From Thecamonas trahens ATCC 50062 (taxonomy: Eukaryota; Protista; Apusomonadida): a stretch of 64,000 nucleotides of DNA. The position numbers and the translations under genes are program-made. Each line of letters starts with the position of its first letter. Position 1 is the first letter of the stretch. The notes below the pieces were generated by a model, which worked only from the letters and a program-made list of their open reading frames with translations, was not told the origin of the DNA and made no database searches. Shown here in pieces: positions 20,801 through 29,712 of the stretch. The stretch lies in NCBI RefSeq assembly GCF_000142905.1, contig NW_013657615.1:62001-126000 (forward strand), written 5' to 3'.

Positions 20801-23421
20801 AGATTGCAGCAGCTACCAGCGCTCTACATGGGGCTGTGGGAGTGATGCCCTCGGCATCTGAGACGATGAGCGTGATGTCGAGCGAGTCCGCAATGTCTGC
20901 GATTTCTGTCTCGGACACTCCAGACGAGGTGGCGCGAAAGGAGAAGAAGAAGCGGCGGCGTCTGCGGATGAAGATGCTCAAGGCTGGCAAGAGCGAGGCC
21001 GAGATTGAGGCGGCGTTGTCGAGCGAGGCCACCGCGAGACCGACTGTGGTGGCAACGAGCGTGGACGACCTCGTGGCCGCGGCCGAGGCTGCTGCTGCCG
21101 AGCGCGTTGCGACGGTGCAGGCGCTGGAAGCTGAGAAGGCGCGTGTTGGCGAGCTAGAGTCAGAGGTTGCTGCCACTACCGCTACTGCTAAGCAGGCCGC
21201 AGCGGCAGCGACATTGGCTGAGGGCCGGATCTCGGAGCTCGAGACTGAGCTTGCTGAGGCGACCTCTGCACTTGTCACAGCCCGCGAACAGATGTCTGCC
21301 AGCGATGCTGCCGACAAGCAGCGGATGGCCGAGCTGGAGGCCGAGGCGGCGTCTTGCAAGGCGGCGCATGAGACGCAGATTGGCGATCTCGAAACCAAGG
21401 CTGCCGCTGCTACTGCAGCGACGACTGCAGCCAAGACCCACATGGCCGAGATCGAGGTGGAGCTCGCTGATGCACATGAGGCCACGGCAGCGTACAAGCA
21501 GCAACTTCTCGAGATGGAGACTGCTGCTGAGCAGGCCGCAGCGGCAGCAACATTGGCTGAGGGTCGGATTGCCGAGCTCGAGACTGAGCTTGCCGAGGCG
21601 ACCTCTGCACTTGTCACAGCCCGCGAGCAGATGTCTGCCAGCGATGCTGCCGACAAGCAGCGGATGGCCGAGCTGGAGGCTGAGGCTGCGGCAGCTGCAA
21701 CAGCGGCTCAGGCTCACATCGCCGAGCTCGAGGCAGAACTTGCAGCAAGTCGCACAGCCACCGCCGCTGACAAGCAGCGGATCGCCGAGCTGGAAGCCGA
21801 GGCTACGGCAAGTGCGGCCGATGGTGCTGCTACCAAGCTTCGGATTGTCGCTCTCGAGGCCGAAGTCGCTGCCATGCATGCCGCCGCCACAAGCGCATGC
21901 GAGAAGCATGCAGCCGTTGAGGAGACCAACAAGCAACGTATCGCCGATCTCGAAACCGAGGCCGCCACAGCCGCCGCCACCGCCGAGTTCCGGATTGTCG
22001 GACTCGAAGCCGAGCTTGTCGAGGCAAAGGCGGCGCTCGCTACCGCATGCGAGCAGCTGGCTACCAGCGAAGCAGAAGGCCAGCAGCGTACGGCTGAGCT
22101 GGAGGACGCTGTCCGGCGTGCTCGCGAGCTGGAGAGCGAACTGGGGGCAGAGCGCGCGCATGCGCAAGAGCAACAGTCTCACATGGCTCGGACGGCCGAT
22201 GCGCTGCTTGTGCTCACTCAGCCCGAACCACCCGAGACGCTGAGCGTCGTATCTGGCGACTCGATACTCTCACTTGCGTCGGCCTCCGACTCACCGGAAG
22301 AGGCCACTCGCAAGGAGAACAAGCGCCTGCGTCGCCTACGCATGAAGCTGATGAAGGAGGGCAAGTCGCCGTATGAAATCGAAGCGGCCCTTGCCAGCGA
22401 GATCGCCGCTGCTGCGCCTCCCGCTGCACTGGAGCTCGACTCAGCCGAGATCAACAGACTTTATGCCGAGCTCGATGCTGCTCGCGCTACCAACGCGCGA
22501 CTCGAGGCCGAGCTCCGCAGTCAGGGCGACAACGATGCCGTACGTTACGCCCTGCTCGATGCGCTTCCAGATGCCGATCCCGGCGCGGATGTCGTGACTC
22601 TGGCCCACGAGGCGGCGGCTGAGATTGACAAGTACGCCGCCCGGACAGCGGTACTCGAGTCCGGCTTGACCTCGGTCTCGTCAGCTGCGGCGGCAGCGCA
22701 GGTCCAGATCGAAGCCGACGAGGCTGCCCACGCCGACGCCGTCCGTGTACTCCGCGACGAGCTGGACGCGGCTCAAGCAGCGCGCGAGGCCGACGCTGCG
22801 GCCATGCAGGAGCGCCTCGTTGCGCACTCGAAGCGCCTCGAGTCGGAAACAAGTGCTGTGCTCTCCGAGCTGGACGCAGCCTATGCTCGCATCTCCGCCT
22901 TGGAGACCGAGGTCGACGCCTACCGCTCTGGTCTAGAAGCCGGTCCGAATGTCCAGCCCGCCGCCGACGATCCCGAGGCTGCCGCTCTTCGCGCCCGGCG
23001 GCAAGCACGACGCGCCCGGCTGGCGGCCTCCTCGGCAGTCTTTGAGAGCCAGGCCCGAGCTCTGGAAGCCGAGACGGCGTCGATCTGCTCCGACGCGCCC
23101 TCAGAGGCCGCGTCCATCGCCGGCGCCATCGACACGCCAGACGACATTCGCCGTCGCGAGCGCCGCGCCCGTCGCAAGGCCCGCATCTCTTCGCTTCGTG
23201 CCAGCGAGGGCGTGGGCCCAGCCGCTGCCGCAGCAGAGACGACCGAATCCGGACTTGTCGCCAGCAACGCAACACTCGCGGCATCAGTCACCTCGGACGC
23301 ACCGTCAGAGGCGTCATCGATTGCGTCGGCTCTCGACACGCCCGACGACATCCGGCGACGCGAGCGTCGTGCCCGCCGTAAGGCGCGCATCTCTTCACTC
23401 CGCGCCAACGAAGGTATGTAA
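14812..23421 (+). CDS. Continuation of giant modular coiled-coil protein with recurring Ser-rich/basic cassette
   Basis: 2869-aa Ala/Glu coiled coil with 7 near-identical SETMSVMSSES..DTPDEVARKEKKKRRRLRMKMLKAGKSEAEI cassettes. It ends at a probable splice donor GAAG|GTATGT (23414). Confidence 0.8.
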   Translation: MKMLRAGKSEADIEAALAALAAKESGPSMAELVAQAEAAAGQRLELEAAVEALQLQVAELEADAEVAAVAERARAQQAQSTAGLEAVLEAERERVASLEKQLATVARNSKAANERVAELEAAVAEPTTRTAELETQLAAATAALAKVVGVTPAASETMSVMSSESAMSAISVSDTPDEVARKEKKKRRRLRMKMLKAGKSEAEIEAALSSEATARPTVVATSVDDLVAAAEAAAAERVATVQALEAEKARVGELEAEVAAATATAEQAAAATTLAEGRIAELETELAEATSALVTAREQMSASDAADKQRMAEATNFESSLEKTKERVSELEAELGAAREREAEQKQQVVELEAQLATATAALTKVVGVTPAASETMSVMSSESAMSAMSAISVSDTPDEVARKEKKKRRRLRMKMLKAGKSEAEIEAALASEAAPSLAVASADDLVAAAEAAAVERVATVQALEAEKARVGELEAEVAAATATVEQAAAAATLAEGRIAELETELAEATSALVTAREQMSASDAADKQRMAEATNFESSLEKTKERVSELEAELGAAREREAEQKQQVVELEAQLATATAALTKVVGVTPAASETMSVMSSESAMSAISVSDTPDEVARKEKKKRRRLRMKMLKAGKSEAEIEAALASEATARPTVVATSVDDLVAAVEAAAAERVATVQALEVEKARVGELEAEVAATTATAEQAAAAATLAEGRISELETELAEATSALVTAREQMSASDAADKQRMAELEAEAAAAATAAQAHIVELEANLADAHKAGAALEEQITELGLVVAAKAVAAEKATAEVEHLQAEAADLESSLEKTKKQVSELEAELGAAREREAEQKQQVVELEAQLATATAALAKVVGVTPAASETMSVMSSESAMSAMSAISVSDTPDEVARKEKKKRRRLRMKMLKAGKSEAEIEAALASEAAPSLAVASADDLVAAAEAAAVERVATVQALEAEKARVGELEAEVAAATATAEQAAAAATLAEGRIAELETELAEATSALVTAREQMSASDAADKQRMAELEAEAASCKAAHETQTGDLETKAAAAVAAATAAKTHMAEIEVELADAHEATAAYKQQLLELETAAEQAAAAATLAEGRIAELETELAEATSALVTAREQMSASDAADKQRMAELEAEAAAAATAAQAHIVELEANLADAHKAGAALEEQITELGLVVAAKTVAAEKATAEVEHLQAEAADLESSLEKTKKQVSEIEAELGAAREREGEQKQQVVELEAQLATATAALAKVVGVTPAASETMSVMSSESAMSAMSAISVSDTPDEVARKEKKKRRRLRMKMLKAGKSEAEIEAALSSEATARPTVVATSVDDLVAAVEAAAAERVATVQALEAEKARVGELESEVAATTATAKQAMEVERARVAELEAEVAATTATVEQAAAAATLAEGRIAELETELAEATSALVTAREQMSASDAADKQRIAELEAEAASCKAAHETQIGDLETKAAAATAAATAAKTHMAEIEVELADAHEATAAYKQQLLEMETAAEQAAAAATLAEGRIAELETELAEATSALVTAREQMSASDAADKQRMAELEAETADFESSLEKSKERVSELEAELGAAREREAEQKQQVVELEAQLATATAALTKVVGVTPAASETMSVMSSESAMSAISVSDTPDEVARKEKKKRRRLRMKMLKAGKSEAEIDAALTTEAAPSPATASVDDLAAAAEAFVSTREALVAQVAAATARAEEVEHAALAASTVYEQELQKLHGKLSVAVTALGKVVGDDTGNLVGSESWQHGSSELSSVLGDSADDIARKEKLRLERDRRASESDVPAMVVESLASRAESAFGHRARVDDLEAEVERLNELIADADKRAADSAARVALLEDEFATAVNTLARLAGAASVVVTSKAEPLTRTPSELELVMRDEDTHASESQGLVTLLSVDELADRAEEHAGRARTATIQELEARAVRADRICQEATERAAGLAEKLSSAEATVVERDATIAALMLQIAAATSALHGAVGVMPSASETMSVMSSESAMSAISVSDTPDEVARKEKKKRRRLRMKMLKAGKSEAEIEAALSSEATARPTVVATSVDDLVAAAEAAAAERVATVQALEAEKARVGELESEVAATTATAKQAAAAATLAEGRISELETELAEATSALVTAREQMSASDAADKQRMAELEAEAASCKAAHETQIGDLETKAAAATAATTAAKTHMAEIEVELADAHEATAAYKQQLLEMETAAEQAAAAATLAEGRIAELETELAEATSALVTAREQMSASDAADKQRMAELEAEAAAAATAAQAHIAELEAELAASRTATAADKQRIAELEAEATASAADGAATKLRIVALEAEVAAMHAAATSACEKHAAVEETNKQRIADLETEAATAAATAEFRIVGLEAELVEAKAALATACEQLATSEAEGQQRTAELEDAVRRARELESELGAERAHAQEQQSHMARTADALLVLTQPEPPETLSVVSGDSILSLASASDSPEEATRKENKRLRRLRMKLMKEGKSPYEIEAALASEIAAAAPPAALELDSAEINRLYAELDAARATNARLEAELRSQGDNDAVRYALLDALPDADPGADVVTLAHEAAAEIDKYAARTAVLESGLTSVSSAAAAAQVQIEADEAAHADAVRVLRDELDAAQAAREADAAAMQERLVAHSKRLESETSAVLSELDAAYARISALETEVDAYRSGLEAGPNVQPAADDPEAAALRARRQARRARLAASSAVFESQARALEAETASICSDAPSEAASIAGAIDTPDDIRRRERRARRKARISSLRASEGVGPAAAAAETTESGLVASNATLAASVTSDAPSEASSIASALDTPDDIRRRERRARRKARISSLRANEGM
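15200..21800 (+). repeat. Intragenic shuffled near-identical DNA blocks (hundreds of bp each)
   Basis: The same blocks recur with few substitutions, e.g. cassettes at ~15340, 16006, 16657, 17515, 18706, 19790 and 20923. Confidence 0.92.
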
Positions 23422-23558
23422 GCTGTGATCCTGGTGTAAACCCAATCATACCACGCCTACCGACCACCTGTCGGTCCTAATCGCCCCATCTGCTGCGTGT
23501 CGCAGCCCGACTCGATGTGCCGCCCCGCTGCTGACGCTCCTCCGACCAGCGACGAGCC

Positions 23559-24566
23559 TTGGCGCCAAGCCGGGCAGAGCTCTGCTTCTGTCCTCCGCAC
23601 ACTCGACGGCAGAACGAGTTACAGAGTCAGCTGCACGAGCAAGAACACAGCAGAGCGATGATGTGGATGGGCCAGCCGGTGATGAGGAGGCGGGGGGGAG
23701 CGGTCGCCTCGCCGCAGCACGGCTCTGGAGGCGCCAGTGTGGCGGGGCAGGGCGGGCGGACGAGCAGGGCGGGGGAGGGCGGGTGGGGGGTGCCGAGAAC
23801 ACCGCCGACAAATTTTAGACACGTGCACCCATCGCCGGCCCATCTCCAGCTGCAGCGCGATCACGCGGCGCTGCGGGCCCAGCACGCGGCGCTGGAAGAG
23901 GACCATCGTGTGCTGCGAGCCGAGCACCACGCACTGTCGCTTGCGTACCTCCGTGCGCAGGCCGATGCCATGTCCGCGCGGTTTGACGCCTACGCGGCGG
24001 CTGTATCGGCTGATCCCACAACGCTCCTCGCAGCGCCAGGGAGCGGGGACAAAGTCGTCAACGGCCAGACAGACTTGGCAGCGACTATTTCAGACGTGAC
24101 GGGTCTGGCTAGCCATAGCGTTGATGCTGCTGCTGTCAGTGAGCGCTCAGGCCGCCGCCGACGTCGCCGCCGCCGCCGGACGCCTCGCGATGATGGCCAG
24201 CCGGTCCTCTCGACCTCAGTGCCATCCAAGGCCGCGCTTGACGCGCTCGACGCTCTGGACCGGGATGCTGTCATCGGCCGGCTGGAAGCAGAGCTTGAGG
24301 CCGAACTCCGCGCCCGCCGGCCCGAGGCTACGCCGCTTTCCGACTCGATGCTGCTGGAGCAGCTGAAGCGCAAGGAGAGCGAGGCAACCGCGTCCCGCAG
24401 CGCACTTACCTCGTCCATCGAGCATTCATTCGCCCTCCACGCAAACGCCATGGCCGCCGCTTCCGCCTCCACCAGCCATCACGCACACGCCGACTATGAC
24501 GACGACGACAACGTCTTTGGCGCCAGCGCCAACGTCGAGCGCGAGTGGCGTCGTGACGGCCTGTGA
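23559..24566 (+). CDS. Hypothetical coiled-coil segment, possibly terminal exon of the giant LRR/coiled-coil gene
   Basis: Heptads LQRDHAALRAQHAALEEDHRVLRAEHHAL and IGRLEAELEAEL; coding-like codon usage; no convincing own start; donor at 23414 and branch/acceptor GCTGAC..CCAG at 23530-23549. Confidence 0.55.
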   Translation: MAPSRAELCFCPPHTRRQNELQSQLHEQEHSRAMMWMGQPVMRRRGGAVASPQHGSGGASVAGQGGRTSRAGEGGWGVPRTPPTNFRHVHPSPAHLQLQRDHAALRAQHAALEEDHRVLRAEHHALSLAYLRAQADAMSARFDAYAAAVSADPTTLLAAPGSGDKVVNGQTDLAATISDVTGLASHSVDAAAVSERSGRRRRRRRRRTPRDDGQPVLSTSVPSKAALDALDALDRDAVIGRLEAELEAELRARRPEATPLSDSMLLEQLKRKESEATASRSALTSSIEHSFALHANAMAAASASTSHHAHADYDDDDNVFGASANVEREWRRDGL

Positions 24567-24615
24567 TCCGGCCCACTGCTTGCTCCCAGGCACCACGTTA
24601 AAGACCGCATCGCCA

Positions 24616-25782
24616 TCAGGAAAACAGCTTCTTCTTTTTCTTCTTCTTGCGCCCGGCTCCACCGGCCGCCGCACGGTTCTGCGCCAGCCGCGCCAGCAGT
24701 TCGGCCCGCCGCTGCAGCTCGGTCTGGGAGTCGTTCAGCTCGCCGCCTGCCGGCTCCGTCATCGGGTCCGGCGACGCTGTGACACGGTCATCACTGGCAG
24801 GCTCCGTCTCACTTGCTGCAGCCTCGTATGTTTCCCGATCACGCTTTCCGCCCACCGGAGAGTTGACGACGAGCGTCGGTGCGGTCGGCTCGTCCCGGGA
24901 GACCACGACCGAGGCCGCCGACGACGACAGCACAGGCTCCGGTGCTGGAGCCATCGACGCCGAGTCGACCAGCATCGCCCGCAACATGCCACCGAGCCCC
25001 GTCTCTGACCGCAAGCAGACATTGATGGAATCGATAGCGGCGGCGTTGTGTGCAGCACCGGTCGGTCCGCCCGCGGCAGCAGGCGGCACCGCTGCGCCGG
25101 CCGCCGTCGCCAGCAGCGGCAGCAGCAGGCGGGCAAAGACAAAGGCCGACGAGGCAGGCGGTGGCAAGAGGGTAAGGACGAACGGCCAGAGCAGCTCGAG
25201 GGCACCAAGCGGCAGGCGGAGCACCAGCCGCGCGTACATGCCCTCCGCCGCTGCGGCCACCGACGCCGTCGCCGCCGCCGCCGCCGCACGCCTCGTCGAT
25301 CCGTTGCTCATGCTCGCGCCCGCGCCCGCGCCCGCGGCTGCGCCGTGTGGAGAGCGAGGCAAAGCAAGGTCGGTGATGAGCGTAGGCGCAGTGGGCGAGG
25401 CCGAGGTGGTGGTGGCGGCGTTGGCGGTAGTAGCGGCGGCGGCGGTTGGGTGGAAGGAGATGGACCACGAGGCGGACGCTGACGAGGTGTTGGTGGCGAT
25501 GAGCGCAATGAGCGACGCTGGCGTGTCGCCGTACATGGGCAGCGATGCAGCAAGAGCAGCATCGACTTCCTCCGGCCCGGCTTGCGCCCACCACACTCCG
25601 CCGCCGCACATCAGCACCGCCGTGTAGCTCGCATCCTCCGTCGCCAGCTGCAGCACCATCGTCTCGCGCCCGCCGCCGGCCACTTCCACCTCCAGCACCG
25701 TAACACGCCCTGCTGCAAAGCCACGCCGCTCCAGCGCCTCGGGCATCGTCAATTTGCTTGCTTCGCTCGCCATCATCGACAT
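24616..25782 (-). CDS. NHEJ1: XLF/Cernunnos (NHEJ1/Nej1)-like non-homologous end-joining factor
   Basis: Head-like YTAVLMCGGGVWWAQ; LRLPLGALELLWPFVL..FVFARLLLPLL, paralleling XLF LSGLPFYWNF..VSQHLIRPLM; C-terminus RKKKKKKLFS matches the XLF Ku-binding motif (KRKKPRGLFS). Confidence 0.68.
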   Translation of the reverse strand: MSMMASEASKLTMPEALERRGFAAGRVTVLEVEVAGGGRETMVLQLATEDASYTAVLMCGGGVWWAQAGPEEVDAALAASLPMYGDTPASLIALIATNTSSASASWSISFHPTAAAATTANAATTTSASPTAPTLITDLALPRSPHGAAAGAGAGASMSNGSTRRAAAAAATASVAAAAEGMYARLVLRLPLGALELLWPFVLTLLPPPASSAFVFARLLLPLLATAAGAAVPPAAAGGPTGAAHNAAAIDSINVCLRSETGLGGMLRAMLVDSASMAPAPEPVLSSSAASVVVSRDEPTAPTLVVNSPVGGKRDRETYEAAASETEPASDDRVTASPDPMTEPAGGELNDSQTELQRRAELLARLAQNRAAAGGAGRKKKKKKKLFS

Positions 25783-26284
25783 CAGTCAGGGTGATGGAGC
25801 TCTGAATAAAAGGAGGACTGAAAAAAGTCGAGACGTGTGTGTGCCCAACACCGGCCAGCCGCGCTGCCTGGTCCGATTACCGCCCGTGAGGGGCGGGTGA
25901 TGTCACCATCTGTCCGATGTCCGGGCCTGGCTACGATCTGTCCTTGATTTGCCTTCCCAGCCAAGCCCTGCTGGTATTGTTTCTGGGCATGGTGTTAGGC
26001 AGTCGCCAGCAAGCAAGCAGTTGGGAGAGATTGCGACGGAATTTTGTGATCTGTGATCAAAAGAAGCCATGGCGGAAATGAAGCATGCGGCTCGTGTGCC
26101 CGCCACACACATGCTACTCCTCGCATCACCACACGACGTATAGCTCCATTACCTTTTCTTTTTCTCCGTGGTGTGTGTTTGTTGGGATTGTTGTGTATAT
26201 CCCCGTACCCCGGAAGGACACAGCCATCGAGGCAGCGAAGTCGGGTTTTGACCGGTCTTTCGCAATCAGCACAACCACCCTCCA

Positions 26285-26495
26285 TCCCCTTCCGCCCTCC
26301 ATCCCCTACCGCCCGCCCGCCATCCCCTACCGCCCGCCATCGCCATCCCCCCGCCATCCCCTACCGCCCGCCATCGCTTGCCGCCCGCCATCCCCTGCCG
26401 CCCTCCATCGCCATCCCCCCGCCATCGCTTGCCGCCCGCCATCCCCCCGCCATCCCCTACCGCCCGCCATCGCTTGCCGCCCGCCATCCCCTGGC
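26285..26495. repeat. Degenerate C-rich short tandem repeats (CCGCCCGCCATC/CCCTA/CGCTTG units)
   Basis: Repeated CGCCCGCCATC(C/G) units between the divergent XLF and 26620 genes. Confidence 0.8.
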
Positions 26496-26619
26496 CCTCC
26501 GTTCCCTGCCGCCTGTCGTGGCCGCATGGCTGTCAGTTGGCTGCGGTGATCCCCGGCGGCTCACCTGCGGATGACGAACACGGACATGACACTCGACGCG
26601 AGCTACGGAGCGTCTGCGG

Positions 26620-28193
26620 ATGACCGACGCAAGGGAAGCCGACGGCTCGGCTGCCGTTGCTCTTGCCGCCCTCCTCCCTCCCCACATTCCCGGAAAGCCC
26701 TCTGTCGCCGCCGCGTCTGCTGCTGCTGCTGTCCCGACTCAGCTGTCGGCCCTCGCCGCCGTCCGCTCCTCGCCCATCTCACCGGCAGACGCCTTGTCAG
26801 CGGCATTGACTGCTCGCCGCCTGGCTCTGGCGACAACAGTCACTTGCAGTGGCGGTGGTGTGGTTGCCGATGGCTTGCAGGAGACTGCTCGGGGCCAGTG
26901 GGCAGCCGAGTGCGAGCAGCTGGCAGCAGATCGGGCAGCAGTTGAGGCCGGGCAACAACAGCTGGCAGCAGATCGGGCAGCAGTCGAGGCGAGCAACGAC
27001 AGCTGGCAGCAGATCGGGCAGCAGTCGAGGCCGGGCAACAACAGCTGGCAGCAGATCGGGCAGCAGTCGAGGGCGAGCAACGACAGCTGGCAGCAGATCG
27101 GGCAGCAGTCGAGGCCGGGCAACAACAGCTGGCAGCAGATCGGGCAGCAGTCGAGGCCGAGCAACGACAGCTGGCAGCAGATCGGGCAGCAGTCGAGGCC
27201 GGGCAACAACAGCTGGCAGCAGATCGGGCAGCAGTCGAGGCCGGGCAACAACAGCTGGCAGCAGATCGGGCAGCAGTCGAGGCCGAGCAACAACAGCTGG
27301 CAGTAGATCGGGCAGCAGTCGAGGCCGAGCAACAACAGCTGGCAGCAGATCGGGAAGCTGTGGGGGAGGGAGGCGGCGAGGCGCCATCGCTTTCGGCTGA
27401 CGAGGCGATGGCGCTGCGTGAGGCAGTGCGGGCTGCAGAGCGCGAGGCCCGCTTTGCCAACAAGCGAACACTGGACGCTGAAGCTGCCCGACGACGAGCT
27501 GAGAAGCGCCTGCGTGAAGTGATAGATCGCCAGGCCGAGACGCTGCCGCTACGCGGCCGCCACTACGGCCTCCCGCCGGACCTGACTACAGCACCCGATG
27601 CGGCCATGTATGACTTTATTATCGCCGCGCAAGCAAAGCGGGCGGCGAAGAAAGAAGAGCATGTGCTCGACGTGCTCTCGATCTCACGCGGGTGGCAGCG
27701 CAAGGCGCTCGCGGCAGAGTCTCAGCTTGCGACCGCCCGGTCTGAGGTTACCGAGCTGAAGGCGCAGGTGGCGCGACTCGAGGACCAAGCTCGCATCTCC
27801 CAGCTCCACAGCACCGAGTTTGCCGAGGCCGAGGCCGAGGCCGAGGCTCTTGCCGCCGAGCTGGCGACAGTGTCGGAAGCGCATGCAGCACTGCTCAACG
27901 ATGTCCGAGCGCTGCACGAGGAGAGCGCGGCGTGCGAGACGCGCCATGCGATCCAGCTCGCCGAAGCACGCGAGGCTGGCGAGGCGAGCGCGGCGGCCAG
28001 GCTGCGCGATGAGGTCCGGGCTGCCGAGGCTCGGGCAGAGGCGCGGGAGAACGAGGCTATCCGCCTGCGGACCATCGCGGCACAGCTGACAGCCGCCGGG
28101 CGAGCCAAGGATAAGCAGCTGCGCCAGATCGCCGCTAGCGGCAGTGGCCTGCCCGACCTCCATGCACGGGTCCCGTACGCACGGTACCAATGA
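26620..28193 (+). CDS. Hypothetical coiled-coil protein with 14-aa tandem repeat (QQQLAADRAAVEAG); single 1-nt deletion at ~26990
   Basis: ORF 26620 reads EQLAADRAAVEAGQQQLAADRAAVE. One 42-bp unit is 41 bp (GAGGCGAG vs GAGGGCGAG). The shifted frame keeps the repeat and runs into ORF 27360..28193 (coiled coil). Confidence 0.7.
26912..27353 (+). repeat. 42-bp coding tandem repeat, ~10.5 copies
   Basis: CAGCTGGCAGCAGATCGGGCAGCAGTCGAGGCCG(G/A)GCAAC(A/G)A units. Confidence 0.95.
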
Positions 28194-28200
28194 ACGCCAG

Positions 28201-29712
28201 TCAGAGCATCGGGGTCGGCAGCAGAAGGAACTGCTGCTCCATGTCTGCCAGCTCGGCGTCGATCTCGGCGTCGGAGATCGAGGCCGAGAGCACGGCCTCG
28301 CCGCCGTCGGTTGCCGACGACGCCGAGCCCGGGAACCGCAGGTTCGGTGTCGACGTCGACGGGTGGAGGGCGAGCGTGCTGAGCCCGTCCTGGAATAGAG
28401 TTCGCCGTGCGCTGCCCATCATGGCTGACGGCGAGTGGATGGGCGAGTTGCGCGCCGACGACTGCTGCGAGAGCGACCGGAACGGTGTGACCCTCCCGGA
28501 CCGGGTCGCCTTCTTGGCGCTCTTGCGGGTCGACGACGGCGACTGCGCCACCAGTGCTCGGACCTTGGACATGAACGATGACGGCGAGGCCCGAAGCCCG
28601 GCGGCTGTCTCGCTTCGCGGCTGGTTCTGCCTGGCGTGGTCGACCGCGAGCCATGGCAGCCCGGTCTCGCCCACCACAATGTCGTCAAGGTGCGCGTCAC
28701 CGGCGGCTGGCGAGATCCCTGCGCTGCCCGCGCCATCACCTGCTCCGGCACTCGGCCGCTGCGGCACGTCCACAGTGAGCCCGCGCCGTTTGGCCCGCGA
28801 CGAGTCGGCCACTACCGGCGCCGTCGGTGCAGCGACCGGGCTGCCGCCCGGCACCCCCCGCGCGCGCAGCTCAGCCTGGACACGCGCAGCGATAAAGTCG
28901 GAGGAGCTTTTCGAGTCGGCCGGGGCCAGCTGTCCGTCGTTTGCGAGGCGCGACGGAGCGGCAGCCGCCTTGGCGGTGGCCGCCGCCGCAGACATGGCGG
29001 CAGCTGCAGCGCGAGCAGACGTGACTCGTGCGGCAACCTTTTCCGGGATGTCGCTCTGAGCAATGATGCCTTGCGCCGCCAACTCGGCCACTGCACACGC
29101 CGTCGCCTCGTTGCATGCCTTGAAGTGTGGAGCGAGCTGCGGGCGGGCAAGGAGCGCCGATCCGGCAGCCTCGGCCCGCGCCAGCAGCTCGTCCGGGAAC
29201 ATACCCTCGATGTACAGCACATTGTGAATCATGTGGACCGACGAGAGCTTCAGACCCTCATCCCCTCCTCCGACAGCGGCATCTCCATCCCCGTCCCCAT
29301 CCCCATCCCCATCGGCATCGGCATCGGCATCGGCATCGGCACCTGCGTAGTCTCCACGGCCTCCGCCATCACCCTCCTCCGACAGCACCATCTTCCACTC
29401 TAGCTTTCCATCGTCAAACATGTCCACATCGATCAGCGGCAGACCATTTCCTCCCACCCGCAGCGGCGGCTGTCCCCCTCCGTCGGTCTGCCCGCCAGCG
29501 GCGTCATTGGACGAACGAACGGCCGAAGGAGCGGCATCATTGGGCGATCGTGCGGCATCATTGGGCGAAGGAGAGTAATCGTTGGGCGAACGATTGTTAT
29601 GGTGGGCCAAGGAGAGCGCGACAGGGAGGACGACTGAGAGGCCCTCGTCGACCTCAAAGCCCACCACATGGTGCGGGAGACGGTTTGTTTCTGCTGCGCT
29701 CTCAGCACTCAT
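28201..29712 (-). CDS. Hypothetical low-complexity protein
   Basis: 503-aa ATG-initiated ORF with SPNDAA repeats, a DA/DG run and a Ser-rich tail; no recognised domain. Confidence 0.6.
   Translation of the reverse strand: MSAESAAETNRLPHHVVGFEVDEGLSVVLPVALSLAHHNNRSPNDYSPSPNDAARSPNDAAPSAVRSSNDAAGGQTDGGGQPPLRVGGNGLPLIDVDMFDDGKLEWKMVLSEEGDGGGRGDYAGADADADADADGDGDGDGDGDAAVGGGDEGLKLSSVHMIHNVLYIEGMFPDELLARAEAAGSALLARPQLAPHFKACNEATACAVAELAAQGIIAQSDIPEKVAARVTSARAAAAAMSAAAATAKAAAAPSRLANDGQLAPADSKSSSDFIAARVQAELRARGVPGGSPVAAPTAPVVADSSRAKRRGLTVDVPQRPSAGAGDGAGSAGISPAAGDAHLDDIVVGETGLPWLAVDHARQNQPRSETAAGLRASPSSFMSKVRALVAQSPSSTRKSAKKATRSGRVTPFRSLSQQSSARNSPIHSPSAMMGSARRTLFQDGLSTLALHPSTSTPNLRFPGSASSATDGGEAVLSASISDAEIDAELADMEQQFLLLPTPML

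Noticed and set aside
14970-21656. 693-, 365- and 1106-aa antisense ORFs
   Set aside because: Shadow ORFs of GC-rich repetitive Ala/Glu coding sequence.
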